Origin: Candidatus Saccharimonadales bacterium
Lineage (GTDB): Bacteria; Patescibacteriota; Saccharimonadia; Saccharimonadales; DASZAF01
Direction of reading: 5' to 3'
NCBI GenBank assembly: GCA_035945435.1
Contig: DASZAF010000028.1
Coordinates: 692 to 64,691 of the forward strand
DNA: 64,000 nt
The position numbers and the translations under genes were made by a program. Within the stretch, counting starts at the first letter, position 1. Every line of letters begins with the position of its first letter. Of the stretch, positions 50,901 to 56,480 are shown piece by piece. Below the pieces are notes generated by a model. It was given only the letters and a program-made list of their open reading frames with translations. It did no database searches and had not been told where the DNA came from.

Positions 50901-52255
50901 TCGGAATCGCTGGTAGCACTCTCATCCAGGGCGCTCTTAATGTAGCCGGTGGTATCCAAGGCGGGGCAACTATCAACGGTTTGAGTACACCAGGTGCGCC
51001 GACGATTACCCAGCAAGGCACGGGCGCTTCTACAAGCTATAGCTACGCTGTAGCGGCGGTCTCAGCATCTGGCGGTATAACGCCAGCATCGTCCGTTACT
51101 ACGACGAGCGGGGGCGCAGCCACACTCAATGGCACAAACTACAACGTCGTCAGCTGGTCGCCAATCATAGGCGCGGTGAGTTACGACGTCTATCGTACAG
51201 CAAGCTCTGGCAGCCCGAGCACAACAGGCCTGATCGGTAACACTTCCAACACTTATTTGAACGACACAGGGCTGGCCGGTGGCGGGGGCAGTGCTCCAAC
51301 AACCGACAGTTCTGGAGAACTAAACGCCAACGGATTTGCCACGTTTAAGAACACGACGAATTCAACCACCTCGTTCCAGGTACAGAACCAGAGCGGGGTT
51401 AACTTGCTTACGGCAGATACGACCGACTCATATATCACCATCGGCAGCTCGTCCGCAAACACAAACAATATCTTGCTTGTTTTGAACAACAACAGCAACA
51501 CCTCTGATCCGACCGGCACGAACGGTGCTATGTACTACAACTCAGGCCTTGGTCAGTTCAGATGTCAGGAGCAGGGCAAGTGGTACAACTGTGTCGGCGA
51601 GAGTCCTGATCTTCAGCGCCAGATGCCAATTTATTCTTCCGACATGATTGGTCTTAACAGCTCCCAGACGGCGCCGTTCAACCCTTCCGGCCAAGGGAGT
51701 GGATCGGCCGCTATGGATACAGGGGACGAGACTGGTAGTCACATCGGCGTCATAGACTTCCACGGTGGTGGATCGGCTGGCGGTGGTTATAACTTGATGA
51801 CCGACTGGGGCGCCTTTGTGCTGGGCGGTGGCAACGGCTTCGAGACAACGATCATACCTCATAGCTTCTCAGGTGTTGAAGAACGCTTCGGCTACTTCGA
51901 TAACAATGCTAACACCGCCATTAGCAACGGCGCTTGGGTGGACGTCAACTCCAGCGGCGTAGCCACCGGCATGACCAGTAAAGCCGGCACCCAGAGCTCA
52001 ACCGGCACCACATACACTATGAGCACGGGGACATGGTATCGAGTCAAGGTCCAAGTCAATAGCAACGCTACTCAGGTCGATTTCTACATATACAACGACA
52101 GCGGGACCCAGCTCTGGCATGATTCGCTGACGACCAATATCCCAACCGGCACAACAGGCTGTGGTGACGCTGCCGAAACCAGTACAACTTCATCTCTCCA
52201 TATTATGGGAGACGACTACGAAGCCTTCTGGGTAAATGAACCCCTGACGAGATAG
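38999..52255 (+). CDS. Giant (4,418 aa) N-terminally anchored modular surface protein
   Basis: Single uninterrupted frame of 13,257 nt. The track start is GTG 38999, with in-frame ATGs at 39194 and 39227. One TM helix at 39227-39290. The rest is Gly/Thr/Ser/Asn-rich with repeated modules and conserved Cys pairs. See repeats and findings. Confidence 0.85.
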   Translation: MEERSQSSSAPAGASPGVQPVSTLDNQAAQNPAVVTQTEPQQTPGFAPTPAPAIQESPSLSFSQKMTSYFGGFPYKMVGLGLLVTAILVGSALIAGHISTGRNTNNHINNSVGSSNSAKGSFNAMELPLGQLANGSQLNIQSSHNLVINGQLDVNNSLVLSPNGQPTNAVAGQLYFDQKTDELSYFNGSQFVNLLGSSQSNSALNGSRGIINLGNGLTSSGGQIFNSGVLSLQGQAGQINLGSGLAMNGSTLSVTQSGNVSTGGAGGAAGSLAVFTGGQTLGNSLISQTGATVTVNGGLNVTGNVNLTNPLGVVQGGTGVSSLASDDLVVGGGTGALSTIAASSAGQCLLSTNGAPQWVNCPGGTFSSLDGLAGNLTLADSTGSGSTVTIDTASNTQEGIASFNNTNLIVTTGQVDTVQDINPGSTPTFAGLNTNQISPSSTTLTVGAAGKTTTLQGGLTTMSQTNSGFTTSLGFQTPTANVTYLLQTTAAGTYNVCTTAGNCTGIGGGVTTAGGTINTIPKFTAAQGIGNSELSDSGTVVTDTGGLTVQGTVTLTNALSVGNGGTGANSANVARSNLGAAASGSNSDITSLSGLTTALSVLQGGTGTTSLTANGVLLGNGTGAISSLVAGSSNDCLVSTSGAPVWTTCPDTGVSLLDGLAGSLTIANSTGSGSTVTIQNASTSQLGLAEFNSTNFTVSSGIANTVQNINTAATPTFATLNLTSSQVSNAMLLVNNTNTGTTGNLLDLQLNGSSKLHVDASGNITLNGTVNGQTISSAASLTGSLAVAGAANLNGGATVTGTLTANTITPTAPMTIGSSSQTLTIQGNGSTELTATNGSSTTTLGFQTPTANVTYLLQTAAAGTYNICTTVGNCSGVGGGVTTSGGTTGDLAVFTGSQVIGNSLISESGGTVTVNGNINLTTGNQFQINGSQIASSNLSDSSNLAKLNATQTFTGGSNVFANNSNSSSEFVIQNASNFNLLNVNSSTGVITVGNVTATSGQGVAGAIAFADGTNDNFGLTVESTTLTANQTISFPNLTGTVCLENSTACGFATSSGSGNYVNNTTSTQAANFDVQAALSGTVAGTLEANASGTGDILDLENGSGAKVATFGSSGSAFFQASSDATNAFNIEYAGGSSDSNNVFNVDTIDNYTNSAGALNIVGGETVNSLTSTYVNEPMVVAPKGKLLNQATYSSGGQYVQLNPATNNTWGALQYDSTNPGSYFTATWQMFTGGGTGADSQYFYWGGTTTPINETSATGGYMVSWDEHTNTISLLYNGTSLDSASQTGMNNSTWTNVQVTEAGDVITVYWNGTQEFSYTDSNRGLGGSIMGWGARSGALNNNHRVRNLLVTDNIPTPSITQHGATGSTTYAYEITVQTSMGGQSAPSTATQVTSGPGTLTGTNYNTVSWPAVPGATSYNVYRTVGGTTTGLIGNTTSLSLNDTGLTGTNSVPTTDTSGSLTLNGGPLVVENTSGLTDLAVNNGTGALSLGNVTSATGDGVAGSVIFADGTADGFGMTVDTATLTANQTIAFPNASGTVCLDNSVSCGFAASSGSGSYIQNGTGTQSANFNVQAATSGSIAGVLEANSSGTGDILDLENGSGAKVATFGSSGATTFENSTNSANALLVENASGYNLLNVNSSTGALTLGNITSTSGHGVQGAVAFADGTNDNFGMTIESLTLTNNQTISFPNLSGTVCLEGSAACGFATSSGSGSYVNNTTATQAANFNVQAATSGSVAGVLEANNTGTGDILDLENGSGAKVGTIAYAGATLFQNSTNSANAFEIENAAGYNLLNINSTTGLLSLGNITSTSGQGVAGQISLADGTNDNFGLTVESTTLTANQTISFPNLTGTVCLESSSACGFAPSTGSGNYIQNGTSTQSANFNVQAATSGSVAGVLEANSSGTGDILDLENGSGAKVATFGYNGIVTLQNSTNSTNALQVETSGGSPTTVFNVDTTNDRVGIGTNSPSAVVSINNAGSASQADLNIKAASGQTGDLIDVLDSNGNVLAHTDSNGNYTGIGTITTLGVLHWPTGTSATATSGSGLASSTKYYYEITATNVDGETEGSPSFNATTGAGVNDQITLTWNADNGATGYKIYMNTSNSFTSGSLLLTTISGGSTTSYIDSTTTTSAGTPPTSPPAVNGLCVENYSGSCSFYVNQYGNSDSAAGMTVSGQTGSNNQASNLLVEESGNIAGEVVEGSSTVAAIQIQDAGNGDTLSQFGSNGAYTTYGTNTGLLALATPAFTTAPTGTSFYYVITATNSTGETVQSASLGMSNNTSALAWSVVPGATGYKIYRNSSNNFTSGARLLKTITSGQTTSYTDTGSATTTGLPPTAPNGTTLTLQSWGGQVNPLQTFENSAGTTVGTISATGTALFENSTNSANAFEIENSSGYNILNVNTSTGALTVGNITSASGQGVQGSIILADGTNDNFGLTLDSNTLTANQTIAFPNSSGTVCLIGGTACGFILNQTSQQASSNFNISGTGIAGVLEANTNGQSLYVGDTTNTSVNMSFNGRAFYGYDGQHAVVQSGPGHGINFDVGSGTFGNGTVASISSTGAANFENNTNSATAFVVENSSGYNNLAVNTSTGALTLGNITSTSGQGVQGSAILADGTNDNFGLTLQSTTLTTNQTITFPNLTGTVCLDNSTACGFATSSGSGSYIQNGTSTQSANFNVQAATSGSVAGVLEANSGGTGDILDLENGSGIKVATVGSSGATNFENSTNSTNAFAVENASGDSLLNSDTTGTGNLITNPGFEGGTTGWSAKGSATISQVNTQALFGADSLKISTTAAANDGAEYSVNLASSTTYTLSMYIKSGSGNPTTLELGRSENGSTNTTCATSQDAFSGQWYQDNCTFTTGTTSGSTYIYIDQSDATSRTLYIDNVDLVQSASVPVYEEGHTTFDSNIDVNGSYSQASTTNAAALITAESGGNGLVVLGAPNANVTRNAFDVENNTDTTSYFHVSDTFGDTVVNGGSTFYGTPAFNVNTLAAGAVAEQISGASGQTGNLVNYTDSHNVALSSITSSGGFTSYGANNSLLALTTPALNTPGLAAGGSLTTGTTYYYVMTATNAAGETVASSSVNDTPTTGNDTITLSWTQIPGATGYKVYRNTSNSFTSGSLLLTTITNGATVSYSDTGTATTSGLPPTTPAGTSLTLQSWGGQTANSLAIENSSGSTIAAITAGGNIDTASAFDIMSSATLNIGTANATAINIGNSSANNSTTINGIGVVKTNGSDSTTAFMVENHLGVADLFVDTVNDRTTVGSGSSSGSTFTVNGTSALGDGSSTQEFYVANASSNPVLNVDTTNGIVQIGNASATAGQDVTGILELADGTTDNFGLKVETNTLTGNQTVKFPNASGTVCLNTQNCNFTGTGYIVNNTTTQSGNFNVQAATSGSVTAVLEANSGGTGDILDLKNGSGVQVGMFGSSGQAEFENSTNSLTAFEVENSGGTSILTGDTTNNRVAFGASETAMSTPTGLSVGTATSGGSLAATTTYYYKVTAIDSAGGETAASTEASGATTSSNLTLPVTWTAVTGASGYRVYRATTSGSEVYLTTTLTTGYTDNGNLVAGTAVAPASNTAYTSAALTSNDLQVLVGGMGTPTGQEYVGGNLPTGAIGNYSLGSGASPEGIFVQGNYAYVINNGSSLMDVIDISNPASPSLISQPSIGNNPRYVYVSGQYAYVCNYTSNTVQIFDVANPSNVSSVSTIATGTGTHPVDVYVQGKYAYVVLNTTAQLEVYDVSNPAAPVALGQVSLASSPRYIYVNGNFAYIAGNGGNQIQVVNVATPTSPVVVNSTSTGSNSNPYQVTVQGRYLYVTTTNTNHSNLMTFDISNPTSPVLDSTFAVGAGTTPQAVQVQGRYAYIINNGTNTMQIVDISNPDNPISDGTVSTGSGSGPFDMKVVGRYAYVTNNSTNNLLVYDLGGSYIQQLQAGGAEFGTLQVDANATVAGDQNVQGGLSVGQHLEVNGNVGIAGSTLIQGALNVAGGIQGGATINGLSTPGAPTITQQGTGASTSYSYAVAAVSASGGITPASSVTTTSGGAATLNGTNYNVVSWSPIIGAVSYDVYRTASSGSPSTTGLIGNTSNTYLNDTGLAGGGGSAPTTDSSGELNANGFATFKNTTNSTTSFQVQNQSGVNLLTADTTDSYITIGSSSANTNNILLVLNNNSNTSDPTGTNGAMYYNSGLGQFRCQEQGKWYNCVGESPDLQRQMPIYSSDMIGLNSSQTAPFNPSGQGSGSAAMDTGDETGSHIGVIDFHGGGSAGGGYNLMTDWGAFVLGGGNGFETTIIPHSFSGVEERFGYFDNNANTAISNGAWVDVNSSGVATGMTSKAGTQSSTGTTYTMSTGTWYRVKVQVNSNATQVDFYIYNDSGTQLWHDSLTTNIPTGTTGCGDAAETSTTSSLHIMGDDYEAFWVNEPLTR
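40418..40462 (+). repeat. 45-nt exact intragenic repeat, copy 1 (copy 2 at 41531-41575)
   Basis: ggtttccagacaccaacggcaaacgtcacctatctactccagaca occurs identically at both positions, 1,113 nt (371 codons) apart. It encodes GFQTPTANVTYLLQT. Confidence 0.9.
41531..41575 (+). repeat. 45-nt exact intragenic repeat, copy 2
   Basis: Identical to 40418-40462. The flanking protein sequence is also duplicated (..AAGTYN(V/I)CTT(A/V)GNC(T/S)G(I/V)GGGVTT..). Confidence 0.9.
42029..42105 (+). repeat. 77-nt exact intragenic repeat, copy 1 (copy 2 at 44465-44541)
   Basis: gacggcaccaacgataactttggtctaactgttgagtccaccactttaacggcaaatcaaactatcagtttccccaa is identical at both sites. The offset is 2,436 nt = 812 codons, which is in frame. 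Confidence 0.9.
43390..44800 (+). repeat. Tandem array of ~3 copies of a 474-nt (158-aa) coding unit
   Basis: The conserved junction codon TG(T/C) of ..CGFA.. recurs at 43631, 44105 and 44579, exactly 474 nt apart. Unit: ..SGSG.Y(I/V)(Q/N)N.T.TQ(S/A)ANFNVQAATSGS(I/V)AGVLEAN..GTGDILDLENGSGAKV...NSTNSANA...GYNLLN(V/I)NS(S/T)TG.L(T/S)LGNITSTSG.GV.G....ADGTNDNFG(M/L)T(I/V)ES.TLT.NQTISFPNL(S/T)GTVCLE.S.ACGFA. More diverged copies lie at ~41870-42300, 46125-47160 and 48830-49330. Confidence 0.85.
44465..44541 (+). repeat. 77-nt exact intragenic repeat, copy 2
   Basis: Identical to 42029-42105. It encodes DGTNDNFGLTVESTTLTANQTISFPN. Confidence 0.9.
49868..50765 (+). repeat. Seven LVIVD-like repeats (putative beta-propeller) inside the giant ORF
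   Basis: Seven units of about 43 aa match (V/Y)xV(Q/S/N)G(N/Q/K/R)(Y/F)AY(V/I)....(N/T)..(L/M).(V/I).D(I/V)SNP..P. Examples: GNYAYVINNGSSLMDVIDISNPASP, GKYAYVVLNTTAQLEVYDVSNPAAP, GRYAYIINNGTNTMQIVDISNPDNP. Confidence 0.75.
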
Positions 52256-52286
52256 TGAGTACTGCCGCTTCTAATTTGACGCTCGG

Positions 52287-52877
52287 TTAGTTGCGCGTTT
52301 GGCCGCCTAGGATCAGAGTCTCCATCATGGTGGTCATTTGATCCGTAGGGATGGGAGCGTTCGTGTTGGCGAGTACCCATACCTGGCTATTTACATAGTT
52401 AGCTATTTCAGCATCACTCTGCGCATTCCGACCAATGGCGACCGTGCCGCCGTTAACACCGTACTCTTTCAGACCTGTCAGTGAGTTAAAGAAGTCACCG
52501 ATGTTATATTTTCCAGGCTTCGGTTCCTCGCTGAAGTAGATCTTTTGGCTACCCGGCCCATCGAGGTTGAATATGACTACGTCAGCCCTGGGTTTGCTTA
52601 CTGAGGTGGGATCCATCCGGAAACCAGTCGGCAAGTTAGTCGGATAGTATAACGGAAACTGGACCGAGGCTAAGACCTGAGCCGTAAACGGGTTAGCATT
52701 AGCTGAGGTCCGATCGAGAAAAGTAAGCCATAGGCTAACACCAATCACGCCAACGACGAATAGACAGATAAATCCTGTCAGGATACGGAGTGCGAGACTC
52801 CTCGAAAGCTGGACCCTAAAGAGTGACCAGCGACGACTGAGCGATTTCCATATACCTCCCACATCCATGTGTTTCAA
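52287..52877 (-). CDS. Hypothetical N-terminally anchored protein
   Basis: 196 aa. TM helix ILTGFICLFVVGVIGVSLWLTF, then an external domain of about 140 aa. Convergent with the giant gene, with 31 nt between the stop codons. Confidence 0.6.
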   Translation of the reverse strand: MKHMDVGGIWKSLSRRWSLFRVQLSRSLALRILTGFICLFVVGVIGVSLWLTFLDRTSANANPFTAQVLASVQFPLYYPTNLPTGFRMDPTSVSKPRADVVIFNLDGPGSQKIYFSEEPKPGKYNIGDFFNSLTGLKEYGVNGGTVAIGRNAQSDAEIANYVNSQVWVLANTNAPIPTDQMTTMMETLILGGQTRN

Positions 52878-52923
52878 TGTACCCTATTGGGTGTCTAAGC
52901 GGCAAGGGACAGGATATGATGGA

Positions 52924-53490
52924 TTAAACTTTAGAGGCAGGGGCTGCCGGCTTTGGCGCAGAGGCGCTAGCTGAACCTTTCGTCATAAAGTCACTTCGTA
53001 CCTGGAAGATGAAGTACGCAGCCACGACTGAACCTACAACGGCTGCCACTAGATCACCGAACCCACCTCCAACATTTGAGAAGACGCGGATGATGCCATA
53101 TACGACATTCAGCAGCAAGCTGTAGTAAACAAGGTTCCAGCCTGCTTTCTTAAGGGCCTTGAGGGGTGCGACGGCCAGAAGGAGTATGACTCCATCAATG
53201 ACAACGGCCGCCAGAGATATGTAGAAGAAGACGCCTAGTGAAACCGTTGTTGTTGCCCCATACGCATTGGCTAAGTTGTTGACAACCGTGACGACCGTAT
53301 TAACGTCCTGACCTAAGCGCCAGAGAGACCACGCAGCAATGAGCTGGATTAATCCCAGAATCAAGGCGAGCCACCATAGGGCACCGGCGAGTGATTTGCG
53401 CGCATCTTCAGACATTTTATATGGCGCCTTTGTATCAAGCGGCACGGCGAGTTGTTTTTCTAACTTTTGTAGAGGTCCCATCAAGCACAC
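52924..53490 (-). CDS. Hypothetical polytopic membrane protein (4 TM)
   Basis: 188 aa (alternative start MGPLQK at 53481). Four hydrophobic helices and an Ala/Pro/Ser-rich tail. No family name recalled. Confidence 0.6.
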   Translation of the reverse strand: MCLMGPLQKLEKQLAVPLDTKAPYKMSEDARKSLAGALWWLALILGLIQLIAAWSLWRLGQDVNTVVTVVNNLANAYGATTTVSLGVFFYISLAAVVIDGVILLLAVAPLKALKKAGWNLVYYSLLLNVVYGIIRVFSNVGGGFGDLVAAVVGSVVAAYFIFQVRSDFMTKGSASASAPKPAAPASKV

Positions 53491-53554
53491 TCCTTACTTA
53501 TATAGCAAAGCATAAGCTTTACCTGAGCGTTGTGCAAGATGCGACATTGTCGAT

Positions 53555-55174
53555 CTATCTTAAGATAAGACCTTCGTGTGGCTTGAGTGTCAGATGGTCA
53601 TTGACGACTTCGGGTAGCGGACTGTTTATGTCTGTAGATAAGATCGCCCGTTGCCCACTCACCTCACGGCCAATAGTCACCGGCCTGGCACTAAAGTTGA
53701 GCAATATTGTGAGCTTCTCGTTATCCGATCTACGAGTATAGCTAAAGACGTCCGGATGAAGATCAAGGCCATGATATGATCCTGTCAGAAGAGCCGTTGA
53801 GCCTTTCCGAAAACGAATCAATCTTTTGTGGAGATTCAGTATCGACGATGGGTCCTTATCCTGGGCTTCCACGTTATAGGTTTTATAACCTGAGGCAACT
53901 GGCAGCCATGGCTTGCCAGTCGTAAACCCCGCATTCTCACCGTCAGTCCAAGGCATTGGGGTCCGCTCCGGGTCCCGACCCAAACCGATACCCGGCTCAT
54001 TGCGTTCAAACTGGTCTTTGGCCGTTCGTGGTCCTATACGGCCATCGGCTAGACCAAGCTCATCGCCATTGTAAATGACAGCGATCCCTGGCAGCGTCAG
54101 GATCATCATGGCTGCCGTTCGTGCTTGTTCGTGGCCGTAACGAGTGGCTATCCGTTCATGGTCGTGGTTACTAAAACAGTAGACTGGTACGCTTGTCCCG
54201 CGAAGAGAGGATTGAAAGTGACCGACGAAATCACTGAAGTAGGTGGCATCCCACGGCGCGTTAATGGGCCCGAAGTTGAATGGGGCAGCGACTGCATGAT
54301 CGATCTTGTCGTAAAAACCCTTGAAGTACTGATTGATGTCGGGCTTATTGGGGCTGTTTTCGGCAACCGTGAAACGGCCCGAATATTCAGCGACGACTGA
54401 AGTTAAATCGTTGAGCCGCTCGTATACTTTCTCTCCATCTCTGCTGTGGACGTGAGATAAGGTATGATACGGATTTCTATCTTTATGCTTATCCAACCGC
54501 TTGTTTGGTGGATCATCTCGAAGAAGAGGGTCTTTAGCTAGATAGTCAGTAGAGTCGAAACGGAAGCCGTCCACTCCAATGTCGAGCCAGAAACGCAGTG
54601 CCTTCTTCATCTCATTGCGGACTTCTGCGTTCTCCCAGTTGAGATCGGGTTGGCTGGTCAAGAAGCTGTGTAAGTAGTACTGGTTCGTCTTCTTATCCAA
54701 CTGCCAGGCTGATCCGCCAAAAACACTGAGCCAGTTGTTGGGCGGAGAGCCATCAGCTTTCGGATAGCGCCAGACATACCAGTCACGATACCTTGCCGTA
54801 CGCGAGCTGCGAGAGTCCTGAAACCACGGATGCTGATCAGAGGTGTGGTTAGGAATATAGTCGATGAAAATCTTGAGACCACGCTTGCGACACCCAGCCA
54901 CCAATACTTTAATGTCGTCGAGCGTACCACGCGAAGAATCGACAGAATAGTAGTCGGTGATGTCGTAACCGGAGTCGACCATTGGCGATGGGTAGAAAGG
55001 AGTGATCCATATCGCATCAACACCAAGAGAATCCTCACCACCCGCTAGGTAGTCGAGTTTTTCTATGATACCAGGGAGGTCGCCCACGCCATCGCCATTC
55101 GAGTCGTAGAAGCTATTCAGGTAGATCTCATAGAGGACAGCGTGTCTGAACCAAGGCTCTGTAATGCCCACCAT
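53555..55174 (-). CDS. GH13 alpha-amylase-family enzyme, alpha-glucosidase/oligo-1,6-glucosidase/trehalose-6-P-hydrolase-like
   Basis: WFRHAVLYEIYLNSFYDSNGDGVGDLPGI..LDYL..LGVDAIWITPFY. Region I FIDYIPNHTS, region II GVDGFRFDS, region III VAE, region IV FSNHDHER. No signal peptide. Confidence 0.9.
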   Translation of the reverse strand: MVGITEPWFRHAVLYEIYLNSFYDSNGDGVGDLPGIIEKLDYLAGGEDSLGVDAIWITPFYPSPMVDSGYDITDYYSVDSSRGTLDDIKVLVAGCRKRGLKIFIDYIPNHTSDQHPWFQDSRSSRTARYRDWYVWRYPKADGSPPNNWLSVFGGSAWQLDKKTNQYYLHSFLTSQPDLNWENAEVRNEMKKALRFWLDIGVDGFRFDSTDYLAKDPLLRDDPPNKRLDKHKDRNPYHTLSHVHSRDGEKVYERLNDLTSVVAEYSGRFTVAENSPNKPDINQYFKGFYDKIDHAVAAPFNFGPINAPWDATYFSDFVGHFQSSLRGTSVPVYCFSNHDHERIATRYGHEQARTAAMMILTLPGIAVIYNGDELGLADGRIGPRTAKDQFERNEPGIGLGRDPERTPMPWTDGENAGFTTGKPWLPVASGYKTYNVEAQDKDPSSILNLHKRLIRFRKGSTALLTGSYHGLDLHPDVFSYTRRSDNEKLTILLNFSARPVTIGREVSGQRAILSTDINSPLPEVVNDHLTLKPHEGLILR

Positions 55175-55209
55175 ACTCTGCTATTGTAACTTACGTCTAA
55201 GGCCTAGCG

Positions 55210-56391
55210 TCAAGCTGACTGAGCGATGATCTCACGATAAAGACGCGCGTAGTCCTCAGCCATCCTGTCAGCAGAGAAACGTTCCTCGACGGTCTTACGA
55301 CAGGCCGCAGGATCAATCTCGCCGATACGCTGAATGTACTTGCGAAGCTCGCGCGCGTCATCTGCCAAGAACCCGTTGACGCCATGTTCGATAATCTCCG
55401 GCAGAGCGCCGCGTCGATAGGCAATCACTGGTGTCCCACTGGCAAGAGCGTCAATGATCGACATGCCGAACGGCTCTTCCCAGGTATACGGTGCAAGGTA
55501 TGCTTTCGCTTTCGCAAATAGTTTCTGTTTGGCCTCACCAGTGACAATGCCAAGGTATTCTATCTTGTTTTTGGCAGTATGAGGCAGAATCTCCTTGGCA
55601 TAGTAAGCGAGATCTTCGTGCCACAAATCAATGTGCTCGATATCAGCTAGCGCCCTGGCAAGTTTGCGGGCAGTTGTGATAGTTGGCGTAACCGTCCCAG
55701 CCATCTTGAACTTTTCGCCTAGTTCATCACAGACACGTGCCGCCAGACCTTGACCCTTATCCCTGGCGATTCGTCCTACATTAATAAAGTAGTCTTCTTT
55801 CTCGCTGGAGAACGGCAAAAAGTCGAGGTCTACTCCGTTGTGGACGATGCCGTGGATTAAACCTTTGAGCTGTCTCGGAGCGTCATCGAGTTGCTTCTGG
55901 GATATGACATTGAAGTGAAGACGACTACCAGGTTTAAAGTGCTTGAAGAGTAATCGGTTGTCCGGTATACCCCGACCAAGAAGCCGTTCATCTGTGAACG
56001 GCTCGTGGAGTGTATGTAGGGCTGGAGGTAGGTCATCGCCAATTGATGAGAGCATGGCTGGCCCCATAAAACTGTTATGGTCGTGAATAATATCAAAGTC
56101 CCCCGCCCGTCTGATAACTTCAAGGGCATAGAGAATATGCGGAGCAGTTACGCTAGTCGCTTCATACCACGGCCGATGGATATGTTTGTACTGTTCCTCT
56201 TTGTGGTACCAATGCTTCTTGCTGACTCGTGTTGTCGAACCACCAACCGTAAAGAGCTCGACATGATGCCCCGCCTTATATAGCGAGCTAGCCAAGTAAT
56301 GTACCACGTTCTCGATACCGTGGTAGCAGCCTGGATAGAGTCTCAACCAGGGGGGCGCGATTATAGCTACTTTTAGCTTCTTTTCGCGCAT
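55210..56391 (-). CDS. Glycosyltransferase family 4 (GT-B, retaining)
   Basis: The track start is TTG 56409. I prefer ATG 56391 (MREKKLKVAIIAPPW). C-terminal EPFGMSIIDALASGTPVIAYRRGALPEIIEHGVNGFL is the GT4 nucleotide-sugar-binding motif. Confidence 0.85.
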   Translation of the reverse strand: MREKKLKVAIIAPPWLRLYPGCYHGIENVVHYLASSLYKAGHHVELFTVGGSTTRVSKKHWYHKEEQYKHIHRPWYEATSVTAPHILYALEVIRRAGDFDIIHDHNSFMGPAMLSSIGDDLPPALHTLHEPFTDERLLGRGIPDNRLLFKHFKPGSRLHFNVISQKQLDDAPRQLKGLIHGIVHNGVDLDFLPFSSEKEDYFINVGRIARDKGQGLAARVCDELGEKFKMAGTVTPTITTARKLARALADIEHIDLWHEDLAYYAKEILPHTAKNKIEYLGIVTGEAKQKLFAKAKAYLAPYTWEEPFGMSIIDALASGTPVIAYRRGALPEIIEHGVNGFLADDARELRKYIQRIGEIDPAACRKTVEERFSADRMAEDYARLYREIIAQSA

Positions 56392-56480
56392 TTCAAAGAC
56401 TGGGTGCAATCACACACACAATACTGTAATTATAGTCTTAGAATATCCGCTTCACAATGATATTAATCACAACGAGCATT

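Noticed and set aside
39859-51862. Many 60-195-aa minus-strand and alternate-frame ORFs inside the giant gene (e.g. 39859..40446, 40576..41031, 46981..47514, 48397..48819)
   Set aside because: These are artefacts of the biased Gly/Thr/Ser/Asn codon usage, which leaves the complementary frames stop-poor. Their products are Pro/Val-rich low-complexity strings with no starts supported by an SD.
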